From: a virus
Virus record (IMG/VR): IMGVR_UViG_2788500025_000001
Span: 1 to 36,162 of that record
Direction: 5' to 3' (one strand)
DNA length: 36,162 nt
In this document: piece by piece, positions 35,059 through 36,162 of the stretch
Numbering within the stretch: the stretch's first letter is position 1
Layout: each line of letters opens with the position of its first letter
Position numbers and translations under genes: made by a program
The notes under the pieces: model-generated
Database searches by the model: none
What the model was told of the DNA's origin: nothing
Seen by the model: only the letters and a program-made list of their open reading frames with translations

Positions 35059-36017
35059 GCGGCATGGACTGGTTCGACGCGCTGACCGACGACACCCCTA
35101 CCTACACCCCCTTCGCTGTACCCCCCTTCTCTCTGGTGGATGCCAGGAAGGGGCCGTGGAAGGCGCGGAAGAGGTGGTGGGTGGACAAAGGAATCCGAGG
35201 GGAGTTGGGTCGTGATACGGCTCTCCTTCCGGGGACATCCTCGATTGGACCTGACACTGTCTACGGAAGATGCTCTTCGACCGGGAAGCGTGGTGAGTAC
35301 ACCACCTCCGTGTTCGACCCGGTGTTGTGCGAGATTCTGTACAACTGGTTTTGCCCTCCAGAAGGCCATGTCCTCGACCCCTTCGCGGGGGGTGCTGTGC
35401 GAGGTGTGGTGGCTTCTGTCACCGGGCGCACCTACACAGGCGTGGACCTCAGTCAGAGGCAGGTCGAGTCCAACCGGAGGCTTGCCGCCAGCCTCGATAC
35501 GCCGAGGGTCCGTTGGGAGGTTGGAGACTCGTCGAAGGTCCAGTCCCTGGTGGAAGGCCCTTTCGACTTCATCTTCTCCTGTCCGCCCTACTGGAACCTG
35601 GAGAAATACTCGGATGACCCCAGGGACCTTTCGACGCTGACCTACGAGGGATTCCTCGACAAGTACCGGGAGATCATCAGCGAGTCTGCTGCCCTTCTCG
35701 ACGATGACGCTTTCGCTTGCTTCGTTGTGGGTGATGTTCGGGAGCGGAACTCCAACGGGGCTTACGTCGGCTTCGTTGCCGACACCATCAAAGCCTTTCA
35801 AGAGGCGGGCCTCCCCCTCTACAACGACATCCTCTACGTCTACCCGGACGGGAGCCTTCCAATGAGGGCGGGTCGGAGTCTGCGTGCTACGCGCAAGATC
35901 TCCAAGACGCACCAGAACGTGCTGGTGTTTTTGAAGGGTGACGCCAGGAGAGCGGCAGCCCGGATGGGGGTCACCGTCCCCACCCGTCCCGGTATTACAG
36001 GGGAGGAGGCACCATGA
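35055..36017 (+). CDS. DNA amino-methyltransferase (N4-C/N6-A)
   Basis: SVFDPVLCE, VLDPFAGG (motif I), FSCPPYW (motif IV); GTG 35055 overlaps the upstream stop (ATG 35064 alternative). Confidence 0.85.
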   Translation: MSGMDWFDALTDDTPTYTPFAVPPFSLVDARKGPWKARKRWWVDKGIRGELGRDTALLPGTSSIGPDTVYGRCSSTGKRGEYTTSVFDPVLCEILYNWFCPPEGHVLDPFAGGAVRGVVASVTGRTYTGVDLSQRQVESNRRLAASLDTPRVRWEVGDSSKVQSLVEGPFDFIFSCPPYWNLEKYSDDPRDLSTLTYEGFLDKYREIISESAALLDDDAFACFVVGDVRERNSNGAYVGFVADTIKAFQEAGLPLYNDILYVYPDGSLPMRAGRSLRATRKISKTHQNVLVFLKGDARRAAARMGVTVPTRPGITGEEAP

Positions 36018-36162
36018 GCATCAACCTCGTCTGGAGAACCGACGTTCACTTGTCTGACCGCGCTCCGTCCAGCCGTACCGACGACTGGGCTGACGCCGTG
36101 TTCGACAAGTTGGGGCAGGTCCGTGATCTCGCCCGTGAGGTCAACGCCGCTGCCATCATCGA
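36014..36162 (+). CDS. sbcD: SbcD/Mre11-like metallophosphoesterase nuclease (5' part, truncated by window end)
   Basis: GGAGGAGG RBS; MSINLVWRTDVHLSDRAPSSRTDDW...FDKLGQV...AAAII with DxH motif I. Confidence 0.8.
   Translation, partial: MSINLVWRTDVHLSDRAPSSRTDDWADAVFDKLGQVRDLAREVNAAAII

Noticed and set aside
34686-35912. 408-aa ORF on - strand
   Set aside because: Antisense to the well-supported wHTH and methyltransferase genes
1-36162. Stop-codon reassignment, introns or inteins in nrdJ, recA or recD2
   Set aside because: Conserved genes are full length and uninterrupted under the standard code; TAG, TGA and TAA all end genes normally

Overview
High-GC (roughly 60-65% by eye), gene-dense fragment of a large tailed phage genome, most likely a myovirus given the baseplate-wedge-like gene. 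I saw no rRNA, tRNA, CRISPR array, integrase or transposase. Recognisable genes: two HNH nucleases, neck/baseplate-like and other virion-like proteins, holin-like membrane proteins, a class II ribonucleotide reductase, divergent HolA/HolB-like clamp-loader subunits, two divergently transcribed sigma-factor-like genes, and a recombination block (RecD2, gp32-like SSB, RuvC, RecA, the N-terminal half of SbcC, a DNA methyltransferase and the start of SbcD). The most striking unexplained structure is a set of otherwise unrelated proteins carrying one of two shared leader peptides: type A (MN[KR]xALRxxxxxEG[LM]) in 4 genes and type B ([DE][RK]xx[LM]xRLAxxLxxGSxER) in 4 copies across 2 genes. Most copies are followed by a [K/R]-x-A site. 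These genes sit behind the same 15-bp motif (consensus CGNTAG-N5-CNAT, 13 copies including variants) that precedes the virion structural genes. I infer a modular late-promoter/RBS/capsid-targeting-leader system for loading cargo proteins into the head, and one tagged cargo looks like an ECF-type sigma factor. All family calls come from motif recognition by eye, not from database searches.
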